A stretch of DNA of 64,000 nucleotides from assembly GCA_041658125.1 (NCBI GenBank), contig JBBAAS010000002.1, positions 8,951-72,950 on the forward strand, given 5' to 3'. Position 1 is the first letter of the stretch. Each line of letters opens with the position of its first letter. The notes under the pieces are model-generated. The model saw only the letters and a program-made list of their open reading frames with translations. It made no database searches and was not told the origin of the DNA. Below, piece by piece: positions 10,726 to 18,577 of this stretch. The position numbers and the translations under genes are program-made. This DNA comes from Candidatus Shapirobacteria bacterium. GTDB taxonomy: Bacteria; Patescibacteriota; Microgenomatia; UBA12405.

Positions 10726-11123
10726 AGTAACTTTTTTAGTCTTTTTATTAAATCCCCCTCTTCTCTTGTTTGACATTCCCAAATTATAGACGTTTTCCAT
10801 CCCAATCTTCTTAAATCTGTTATGGCTAGTCTTTGCAGTAGTAGATTTTTCTGAAGTTTTTCTTTCCAGTAAACTTTATTTGTTTTTGGAACTACACTCT
10901 TTTTACATCCTTTATGTTGATGCCAAAAACAACCGTTGATGAAAAGTGCGGTTTTGATCTTCGATATCACAATGTCCGGTTTGCCGGGTAATTTATTATT
11001 ATGAAGACGATACCTCATTCCCAAACTTGTTAGCATCTTTCTGGTAATTACTTCCGGTTTTGTATGCTTACTCCTAATTCTGGACATACAAAAACTTCGT
11101 TGTTTCTCTGTTAAATCATCCAT
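10722..11123 (-). CDS. vsr: Very-short-patch repair endonuclease Vsr
   Basis: 133 aa. SRIRSKHTKPE...LPGKPDIV...ALFINGCFWHQHKGC...PKTN..YW..K...N..RD...LGWKTSIIWECQ matches the Vsr signature. Confidence 0.85.
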   Translation of the reverse strand: MDDLTEKQRSFCMSRIRSKHTKPEVITRKMLTSLGMRYRLHNNKLPGKPDIVISKIKTALFINGCFWHQHKGCKKSVVPKTNKVYWKEKLQKNLLLQRLAITDLRRLGWKTSIIWECQTREEGDLIKRLKKLL

Positions 11124-11164
11124 CTTTTGTTATTTTGTCTAAGATTACTATTTTTAATTTTTGG

Positions 11165-11776
11165 TTAGAAAATGTTTGGATTGTATGTAAATACACTTTT
11201 TACAATTCCTTCTATACGAAAATCGGATGAAGCAATAAAAGTAGGAAATTTTTGATTAAATGAAGTGAGCAATATTTGTTTATCAAAGTGTTGATATTTT
11301 TTTATTAGCACTTCTTCATTATTAACACATACAATGATGTCTCCGTTATTAGCTTTGTTTGATTTTTTTGCTATTACTAAATCACCCGGATTTATTTTTG
11401 GTTTCATGGATTCACCTTTAGCTTTAACCATAAAGGCATCTGTTGATGAAAATCCTAGAATTTTACTCGAAATAGGTATTTGATCAATCGGGTTTCCGTC
11501 TAAAATCGATCCGTTTGGCCCACACTGAGCCATTCCATAAAGATTTAAATAAGTGATCAACTTTTCTGGTGTGTCACCGATAATTTGATAATCTTTTGAA
11601 TTACCGGGGTTTCTTCTCAAATATCCTAATTTTTCCAATTGAGTAATGTGGTGAAACACAACGCTTGGTGAGGATGCTCCCAGTTCTTCCTGAAGTTCTC
11701 TCATTGTGAGAGGGTTTAGTTGATATTTCTTAAGCAGTTGTAATAACTTTTGTTGGACAGGATGGATGTTTTTCAT
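11165..11776 (-). CDS. LexA/CI-like S24 peptidase repressor
   Basis: N-terminal winged-HTH (SVVFHHITQLEKLGYLRR) and a C-terminal S24 domain with GESM serine and a downstream Lys (KAKGESMKPKINPGDLVIAKK). It is divergent from the NTase operon. Confidence 0.8.
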   Translation of the reverse strand: MKNIHPVQQKLLQLLKKYQLNPLTMRELQEELGASSPSVVFHHITQLEKLGYLRRNPGNSKDYQIIGDTPEKLITYLNLYGMAQCGPNGSILDGNPIDQIPISSKILGFSSTDAFMVKAKGESMKPKINPGDLVIAKKSNKANNGDIIVCVNNEEVLIKKYQHFDKQILLTSFNQKFPTFIASSDFRIEGIVKSVFTYNPNIF

Positions 11777-11811
11777 TTATATATAACCATTTTAATCTAT
11801 ACTTTTTACCA

Positions 11812-11853
11812 TGTCAAGAACTTGTTGACTTGTTCTACTATTTGTTCTACAAT
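11812..11853. promoter_or_regulatory. Back-to-back divergent promoters overlaid with GAAC/GTTC-type repeats (putative operator)
   Basis: Plus-strand TTGACT (11825-11830), 17-bp spacer, TACAAT (11848-11853). On the minus strand, TTGACA (rc of 11812-11817), 17-bp spacer, TAAAAT. The inverted pair AGAAC (11817-21) / GTTCT (11832-36) and three direct TTGTT[CG] repeats (11822, 11831, 11843) overlie both -35 boxes and the spacer. Confidence 0.5.
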
Positions 11854-11881
11854 GGTGTTATTTAATAAAACAATTAATAAT

Positions 11882-12664
11882 ATGGATTCTGAAAATTATT
11901 TGCTTCAAATTTTACAAAAATATCAAGCTCGAGATCTATCAAATAGTTCTCCCGCTATATCTCAGTTATTTAGTGTACTTAGGACTTGGGCTAATACTGG
12001 ATTTATCGATTTAGTTATTTCTGGATCACGGGCAAAAGGAACGGCTATATCTTTAGCCTCTGACGTTGATTATCTGGTATCCCTGACAAATGGCTGTGAT
12101 GAGAATAATGGAGGTCTAGAGTATATCTATAATTCTCTTTTCAATACGCTCAATACCACCTATCAAAATGTTCGCAAACAAAATGTTTCCATAAGAATAA
12201 ATTTGTCAGGTCTAGAAATAGACGTAACTCCTGCTAGAAAACAACCTGGAAACACAAATGATCATAGTTTGTTTGTTTCTAAACAAGGAACATGGAAAAA
12301 GACAAATATTCAAAAACACATTACCGATATATCTCAGTCTGGAAGAATTAACGAAATTAAATTAGTAAAAATTTGGAGAGAGCTAAATAAACTTGACTTT
12401 CCGTCGATATATTTGGAATATTTACTGGTAGATGTCGTGTTGTCTGGTAAATCCAAAGGTGATAACAATATTGCAACTAATTTTCTTTTTGCTCTTTCAG
12501 AACTTGGCAGGAGTACAAACAATCCATTACTTACTAGAGTAGTCGATCCGGCTAATTCTACTAATATACTCTCTGATTTACTGACAAGTAGTGAAAAAAA
12601 CTTAATTATTAATAAAGCAAGAGAGTCATCCCAAAAATCAAATTGGGGTTATATCGTATGGTAA
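11882..12664 (+). CDS. Pol-beta superfamily nucleotidyltransferase, CD-NTase/SMODS-like
   Basis: GSRAKGTAISLASDVDYLV fits the GS-x(n)-DxD motif, and LEIDVTPA gives a third acidic residue in an h[DE]hhPA context as in cGAS/DncV/OAS-type NTases. The length is 260 aa. The start is chosen downstream of the mapped promoter; the track ORF starts at 11750. Confidence 0.6.
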   Translation: MDSENYLLQILQKYQARDLSNSSPAISQLFSVLRTWANTGFIDLVISGSRAKGTAISLASDVDYLVSLTNGCDENNGGLEYIYNSLFNTLNTTYQNVRKQNVSIRINLSGLEIDVTPARKQPGNTNDHSLFVSKQGTWKKTNIQKHITDISQSGRINEIKLVKIWRELNKLDFPSIYLEYLLVDVVLSGKSKGDNNIATNFLFALSELGRSTNNPLLTRVVDPANSTNILSDLLTSSEKNLIINKARESSQKSNWGYIVW

Positions 12665-13380
12665 AAAATATAAACAATAAAATTGATATGAAGAAATTAT
12701 TTTCTGCTCTAGACGAAGAGATGAGCCTGAAATTGTCCAGTAAGATTGACGAGATACATCACCCTGTGGCTAAAGGTAATGAGACCGAACTAAATTGGAT
12801 AGGACTATTGAAAAAGTATCTTCCAGAGAGATATAAGGTAGATAGTGGGTTTGTTGTTGACCATGAGGGAAGTTTTAGTGACCAGATTGATTTAATCATT
12901 TATGACCGGCATTTTACTCCGTTTATATTCCGTGGTGAGAATGTTGCCTATATACCCGCCGAAGGGGTGTACGCGGTTTTTGAAATCAAACCAGATTTGA
13001 ATAAGACCTATTACGACTATGCTGTAAAAAAACTTAATAGCGTTAAGGGATTAAAAAGAACTTCCTCAAATTTCACTCATATCATGGGGAATAGTAAGAA
13101 AGATCCGTCTGAGATAAGCGGAGGTATATTAACTAAAAAAATTAGTAGTCAAAAATTTTTTAATGGTTTAAAAACTGGAGAAGAACTATCATTTGTCTTA
13201 TGTCTCGATTGTGGTGTGAAAATTATTGGTCAGGATAAAATTGAGATACAGATCAATAAACCAATATTAGCCTTCTTCTTGCTAAAACTAATTGAAAAAC
13301 TACGATCGATGGGGTCTGTATCGGCATTAGACGTCGACAGTTATTTGGAACAAGTAAGAGATAAGCCCGAAGTCAAATAG
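12658..13380 (+). CDS. PD-(D/E)xK (Mrr-cat/NucC-like) nuclease-fold protein, putative effector
   Basis: ELNWIGLLKKYL...SDQIDLIIYD...VYAVFEIKP matches the D...ExK restriction-endonuclease-like core. Its ATG at 12658 overlaps the NTase stop (ATGGTAA), which indicates translational coupling. Confidence 0.45.
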   Translation: MVKNINNKIDMKKLFSALDEEMSLKLSSKIDEIHHPVAKGNETELNWIGLLKKYLPERYKVDSGFVVDHEGSFSDQIDLIIYDRHFTPFIFRGENVAYIPAEGVYAVFEIKPDLNKTYYDYAVKKLNSVKGLKRTSSNFTHIMGNSKKDPSEISGGILTKKISSQKFFNGLKTGEELSFVLCLDCGVKIIGQDKIEIQINKPILAFFLLKLIEKLRSMGSVSALDVDSYLEQVRDKPEVK

Positions 13381-13397
13381 GAGAATTTGCCACAAAA

Positions 13398-13516
13398 ATT
13401 GAAATCCTCCGTTTTTTGCGGGCAGTCCCACCACGGCGGGCAGGTCGGGTGGGGGCGACCTCGCCCGTCATTATAAATTTAAAAATTCTGTTCGAATTTT
13501 TTCGAATGCACACCGC
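13398..13516. repeat. IR-B right copy (119 bp)
   Basis: Reverse complement of 8306-8424 (118 of 119 identical). Confidence 0.9.
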
Positions 13517-13552
13517 AGTCCGTCTGATATGTATAAAATTGTAGAATAGCTT

Positions 13553-14173
13553 ATGAAACAACTTTTTTTGACATCGAGCGGCGATTATGTGATGGATGAT
13601 ATTGTTAAAAAATTACCTAAAAAACCAAGTGAGTTGAATTTGGCTTTTATCAATACGGCGGCCGAGGTAGAAGAGGGCGATCATTGGTGGGTTTTGGCTG
13701 AAAAAAAGAAATTAGTAGAAGTGGGTTTTAAGGTCGATGAATTTTCAATTAAAGGAATGACGAAAGAAGAAATTGAAAATAAATTAAAGAATAAACAGAT
13801 TATTTATTTTTGCGGGGGAAATACCTTTTATTTACTGGACCAAGTGATAAAAACCGGCTGTGACGAGATTATTACTAGGAAAATTAACGAAGGAGTAATT
13901 TATATGGGATCCAGCGCCGGGTCGATGATTGTCGGAACGAGAATTGATTTGATGTCTACGATTGACGAGAAGTCAAAAGCGCCGGATTTAAAGTCGACTG
14001 GCTTAAATATTGTCGACCTGTCAATTTTACCCCACTGGGGTAATGATACTTTTAAAGAGGGATATTGTGGTGATTTTCAATCGATGTATACCGAAGGAGT
14101 GAAAATAATTTCCCTAACTAATCAACAGTATGTTTGGATAAAAGACGATTCGATGCAAATAATTCAAGTTTAG
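13553..14173 (+). CDS. Peptidase S51 family (peptidase E / cyanophycinase-like)
   Basis: N-terminus MKQLFLTSSG, plus GGNTF and GSSAGS motifs. Confidence 0.7.
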   Translation: MKQLFLTSSGDYVMDDIVKKLPKKPSELNLAFINTAAEVEEGDHWWVLAEKKKLVEVGFKVDEFSIKGMTKEEIENKLKNKQIIYFCGGNTFYLLDQVIKTGCDEIITRKINEGVIYMGSSAGSMIVGTRIDLMSTIDEKSKAPDLKSTGLNIVDLSILPHWGNDTFKEGYCGDFQSMYTEGVKIISLTNQQYVWIKDDSMQIIQV

Positions 14174-14215
14174 AATTATAAAAACTGATTAGCTTTGGGG
14201 TTATCAACTCCGTAA

Positions 14216-14719
14216 CTAGATTATTAACACCGCTTCTTTTCTATCATTTAATTTAAAACCAGCTTTAAGATGAGCTTTTATGGAATTTGGGTTATCTGTA
14301 TTAATTAAACTCCAAATCTTTTTGATATTATTTTTTTTAGCAATTTCAATAAGGTTTTTGTAAAGAAGAACGCCAATTCCCTTCCCCTGCCAGGAGGGAT
14401 CAATGGCAAGATATTCACAATAGATTTCTTGAGATATAGGAACGGTCTCAAAGGCCAAAATAAATCCTATTATTTTATTTTCCGACTCGATCAGCAAACT
14501 GTAACCTGACTTTACAAAACCGTCGAAATTAGGTTGTCGACATACGAGATGGGTTTCTTTCTCTGCCAAAATAAATTCATCCCATTTTTTCTGGCCTAAG
14601 TATTGAATTTGAGTGAGTATGTCGATCTCCCTAATTGAGGAATAATCGTCAGAAGTTATGGGTCTAATAAAATAATCAGCCATATTACCAGCTCCTTTTT
14701 CCAATGGTAATGTTTCCAT
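14216..14719 (-). CDS. GNAT family N-acetyltransferase
   Basis: Sequence ...QGKGIGVLLYKNLIEIAKKNNIKKIW... contains an acetyl-CoA binding Q/RxxGxG/A motif. Confidence 0.6.
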   Translation of the reverse strand: METLPLEKGAGNMADYFIRPITSDDYSSIREIDILTQIQYLGQKKWDEFILAEKETHLVCRQPNFDGFVKSGYSLLIESENKIIGFILAFETVPISQEIYCEYLAIDPSWQGKGIGVLLYKNLIEIAKKNNIKKIWSLINTDNPNSIKAHLKAGFKLNDRKEAVLII

Positions 14720-14800
14720 TATTCCATAATTTTATGTCGTCGTTATTTAATTTTAGAGGTAATAAATAAGTTAACCGTTGGTCTTTAAGAATTCCTTCTA

Positions 14801-15220
14801 CTACGGTAAAGATTTTGCCACGTTCTTTTTTTGCCAGCCTGATTGGGTATAAAAGTCATGAAGTTTGGGGTGACAAAAAAGAACCCCTACGTCATAATCT
14901 TTTGATTTGAGTAGGTTATTAACTTCTATCATTAATTTGGTACCCAACCCCGTATGCCTTAATCCAGACTTAATGGCTACATCACCAATACCGGCAACCA
15001 AATATTTGTTAATTTTGTGTTCGACTAACCTTCGAGTTATGCCAACGTGTCCAATTAATTCTTGATTTTGATATAGCAACACACAAGTGTCCAAATCGGG
15101 ATTGGTGTAAACAGATTTTTTATAACCGGAATTATCTGAAAAACAGTCGACCAGAAAATTAATTATTAATTTTTTCTCGGAAGACTTTAAATCTTTAATT
15201 TTTTTTATAAAAATATTCAT
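14801..15220 (-). CDS. GNAT family N-acetyltransferase
   Basis: LRHTGLGTKLM motif. 139 aa. Confidence 0.55.
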   Translation of the reverse strand: MNIFIKKIKDLKSSEKKLIINFLVDCFSDNSGYKKSVYTNPDLDTCVLLYQNQELIGHVGITRRLVEHKINKYLVAGIGDVAIKSGLRHTGLGTKLMIEVNNLLKSKDYDVGVLFCHPKLHDFYTQSGWQKKNVAKSLP

Positions 15221-16068
15221 TGACTCAATTTTTCTTTAATTAGTTTGACGGTTTGGGCTTTGCCGGGACGGTTTTGGTAGAAATGCAATTCGGTTTGGAG
15301 GGAATTGACGGGAATGGGGATATTTTGAAACAAAATGGTTGCAGGGGTACTAAGGTCTTTGATGGCGAGAACTTCGACTTCGATGACATTTATTTGTAAC
15401 TTAAGCCAGTCGGCTTCGGTGCTAACAATAAATTTTTCAAATTCTTTGGCTATTTTTCCAAAATTTTCAGGTGTAGTGAGGATGTCGAGGTCCCAAGGAA
15501 CAATATCGATTCCATGAATCATTAGGGCACCGCTGGAACTAAGGATCCAAGGGACATTGATAGAATTTAATTTTTGAGCAATAAAGACAAGAGTTTGGTG
15601 GATTTTTTCGAGACGGGGATGCTGGTTTATTTCCATAGTTCGTTTGACAATGGCGTCGCCGATAGCGCCCCAGTTTAGGTATTTATTTAGTTCTAATATC
15701 GGAACAAATTGGCGTTCGTATAAAAGACCGGTGTCCGGATCAAGAGTTTGAGGAAGAATTTTTTTAACCCGACAGTAAAAGCGGGCTTGATAATAAATAG
15801 GACTTTCAGGGATAGTTACTTTTTGAACTCCTATTGGCTCGATTTGAGTAAGCTTGACATCAACTTCCTCCATAAATTCCCGCTCTAAAGTTTCAATCGG
15901 CGACTCTTCCCCTTCCGGAGTGCCTCCGGGTAAGCCCCAATTGGTTTTGCCCGGTTCACGACAAATTAGAGCTTCGTTTTTAGCATTTAGACAAACACCA
16001 TAAACTTGGGTTATGGGTTGAAATTTTTTAATATCATCAGTCGGAATCCAGGTATAAGGAGAATTCAT
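15217..16068 (-). CDS. Nudix hydrolase fused to C-terminal minimal nucleotidyltransferase-like domain
   Basis: Nudix box GLPGGTPEGEESPIETLEREFMEEVDV in the N-terminal half. The C-terminal half carries SSSGALMIHGIDIVPWDLDILT, a pol-beta hG[GS]...DxD pattern. Confidence 0.6.
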   Translation of the reverse strand: MNSPYTWIPTDDIKKFQPITQVYGVCLNAKNEALICREPGKTNWGLPGGTPEGEESPIETLEREFMEEVDVKLTQIEPIGVQKVTIPESPIYYQARFYCRVKKILPQTLDPDTGLLYERQFVPILELNKYLNWGAIGDAIVKRTMEINQHPRLEKIHQTLVFIAQKLNSINVPWILSSSGALMIHGIDIVPWDLDILTTPENFGKIAKEFEKFIVSTEADWLKLQINVIEVEVLAIKDLSTPATILFQNIPIPVNSLQTELHFYQNRPGKAQTVKLIKEKLSQ

Positions 16069-16074
16069 AAGTTT

Positions 16075-16620
16075 TTAGAGTAGTTTTAAATAATTCAACC
16101 CTAAGTAGCCAACTTCAACATCAGTCATTTGGCCACTTTGGAGAATTTTTTTAAATTCAGCCAAGTCAACCAAAACAATGTCGATAAACTCATCTTCGTC
16201 CCAGTGCGGTTCTGACACTTTCTGACAATCGGTAATGACAAAACAATATCTTTCCATGGTTGAGTAAGCGTCATCAAGACAAGTTGTCACCAGTTGGATT
16301 TTGCCTTCGTAACCAGTTTCTTCCAGGAGTTCTCTTTTCATCGAAGCTTCCGGCTGGTCGTTTGGATCGGCAAATCCACCGGGTAATTCCATCACGATTT
16401 TTTTAGGACCGGGGCGAAATTGTTTGGCTAAAATCACTTTGTTGTCGGAGGTTAAAGCCAGTCCACAGACAGCCGGACCTTCTTTTTTGAGATAATAATC
16501 AGACTCTTTACCATTTGGAAGTTTGAAGATTACTTTTTCAATTTTGCGAGAGTATTTTTTGAAAGCTTCTTCACGAGAAATTTCCTGCCAGGGTTGGATT
16601 TTATTTGTCATACAGATCAA
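16075..16620 (-). CDS. Nudix hydrolase (ADP-ribose pyrophosphatase-like)
   Basis: Nudix box LPGGFADPNDQPEASMKRELLEETGY. Confidence 0.7.
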   Translation of the reverse strand: MICMTNKIQPWQEISREEAFKKYSRKIEKVIFKLPNGKESDYYLKKEGPAVCGLALTSDNKVILAKQFRPGPKKIVMELPGGFADPNDQPEASMKRELLEETGYEGKIQLVTTCLDDAYSTMERYCFVITDCQKVSEPHWDEDEFIDIVLVDLAEFKKILQSGQMTDVEVGYLGLNYLKLL

Positions 16621-16664
16621 TTATATCGTGAGACAGAAATTAAGGCTTCGTTTTATAATGAATT

Positions 16665-17351
16665 ATGGAGTTGGGAGAATTTAGAAAGAAAAATAAGATT
16701 GAGTTGAGTGAAAAAACCAGATTGATGTGGGGGAAAGCGATGGTGGTGGCCACTAAAAACAAAGACGGGGTGCATGGGCCGGAGCATATGGAGAGGATTT
16801 TGGCATCTTTGGACGAATTACTAAAAAGCGAAAAGGGGTTGAGGGAAAAAATTGATTTTGAAGTGTTGTTGACGGCGATCGGGTGGCACGACTGCTGGAA
16901 ATCGAAAAGAAACCCGACGAATGTTTTTAGCTTTTTATTTGATATGTTTCACGAAGGCAGGGCTTCGGCAAAAATTTTTGGAAGAATAGCCAAAAGAAAC
17001 GGCTTGGAGAAAAAAACTATAAGTAAAATAAAGTATGCCATCAGAAAGCATTCGGCTTTCCAATTAAAAAAACATAAAACTATAGAAGCCAAAATACTTT
17101 GGGATTTGGACAGCTTGGATATTTGGAGTTGGGAGCGGGTGGAAGCGCTAAAAGAAAAATATTTAGCCGGAGTGGCAAGTAAAAAAACCCAAAAAATGAT
17201 CCGGGTGGGAATATTTTATTTTGAAAAAATCATGATGAGTTGGGAGGAAAAGAAAAAGTTTTATTTCAGATGGACTAAAAAAAGGTTGGCAGAGAAGAAA
17301 AAAATATTTTTAGAAAAACTGAAGGAAGAGATAAGACAAATTAAAAAATGA
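16665..17351 (+). CDS. HD-domain phosphohydrolase
   Basis: GPEHMERI...GWHDCWK contains an HD motif. The C-terminal region is Lys-rich. Confidence 0.5.
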   Translation: MELGEFRKKNKIELSEKTRLMWGKAMVVATKNKDGVHGPEHMERILASLDELLKSEKGLREKIDFEVLLTAIGWHDCWKSKRNPTNVFSFLFDMFHEGRASAKIFGRIAKRNGLEKKTISKIKYAIRKHSAFQLKKHKTIEAKILWDLDSLDIWSWERVEALKEKYLAGVASKKTQKMIRVGIFYFEKIMMSWEEKKKFYFRWTKKRLAEKKKIFLEKLKEEIRQIKK

Positions 17352-17848
17352 AGATACTTTTACATGCCTGTTGTGCTGATTGCTTGTTAAAAATTGCTGA
17401 TGGGGAAACAAAAACGACGGCGTTTTTTTATAACCCAAATATCCACCCAAGATCAGAATATCAATCGAGATTAAAGGCAATTAAGCAAGTTGCTGAAAAG
17501 CAAAAAATTGAGTTATTGGTACCGGATTGGCGGCCAAAGGAATATTTTGAGGCAGTAAAAAATAATAAAAGTCGGTGTAAAAATTGCTGGAAGCTAAGGA
17601 TAGAAAGAACGGCGAAAGAAGCTAAAGCAAAAGGATTTACCGGATTTTCGACCACGCTTTTAGCAAGCCAATATCAAAATCAAAAGGTAATTGAAAAAAT
17701 CGGACAGGAAATGGCGGAAAAATACGGAATTAAATTTTGGGTATCAAAAGAGATTAAAAGAGAGCTGAAAACAAGCGGATTTTATAAGCAGTTTTTTTGC
17801 GGGTGTGTGTATTCGCTACGGGAGAGATTGGAGGAAAAATACCGATAA
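17348..17848 (+). CDS. queH: Epoxyqueuosine reductase QueH-like (DUF208)
   Basis: N-terminal ILLHACCADC resembles the QueH LLHxCCAPC motif. It also has a CKNCWKLRIE Cys pair and a C-terminal CGC. Confidence 0.5.
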   Translation: MKILLHACCADCLLKIADGETKTTAFFYNPNIHPRSEYQSRLKAIKQVAEKQKIELLVPDWRPKEYFEAVKNNKSRCKNCWKLRIERTAKEAKAKGFTGFSTTLLASQYQNQKVIEKIGQEMAEKYGIKFWVSKEIKRELKTSGFYKQFFCGCVYSLRERLEEKYR

Positions 17849-17967
17849 ATCGTGCGTATCGGTTATGTACGTGAATACTTGACTATTATAGGATACTTTG
17901 GTAGAATACTGGGTAATTCACGCAATAGCGCGAGAAGGTAACTTAACATATAGAGGAGAGGAGAGAA

Positions 17968-18429
17968 ATGAAGATCTTTACAACGGCACACGCCGATGCA
18001 CAAAAGATACTTTGGCGAGCAGTCTGGACGGCTTCAGTCTTGATTTTATTGTTTCAGATAGCAACTACCGGCTGGTTTTTGTTTACCCAATCTGGTGGAG
18101 AAAGATGGATTCTCTTTTGGGCCGGATGCGGGCTGGGGTTTGTGATTGCCGCATTAGAGTACGCGACAGTTGAAGGATTGCGGGATCAGTGGCAACAAAC
18201 TATAGTAGACGGAAAAATCACCCGATGGGAATGGTTGTTGTTACTGGGAATTGTCTTACTGCTTACTGTGGTAGCTTTTGTTGATACCTACGCAACGGCG
18301 AATGGAGCTTTACAGCTAGGTTTTAGCAATACTATTTCTTGGATTTGGGCGGTAGGGCAACTGTTCGCTTTCGAGTTTTTGTTCAACATGGCTTATCACC
18401 TACGTGATGTGTGCGAGGTTCAACATTAG
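17968..18429 (+). CDS. Hypothetical membrane protein
   Basis: 153 aa with four predicted TM helices. A TTGACT-N17-TAGAAT promoter-like element lies at 17879-17906. Confidence 0.4.
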   Translation: MKIFTTAHADAQKILWRAVWTASVLILLFQIATTGWFLFTQSGGERWILFWAGCGLGFVIAALEYATVEGLRDQWQQTIVDGKITRWEWLLLLGIVLLLTVVAFVDTYATANGALQLGFSNTISWIWAVGQLFAFEFLFNMAYHLRDVCEVQH

Positions 18430-18577
18430 TAATTCTTCTGCTTCCCAGGTGGGATCAGTGCAACCAAAAGGTTACTCTGAGAGTTGGTTCGAATCCAGCG
18501 GCAGGAAATCTTTCCTTTCAACCCCGAGAGGCGGAATTTTGATGACGAAAGTCTAAAAATTTTGACCTCTTGGGATT

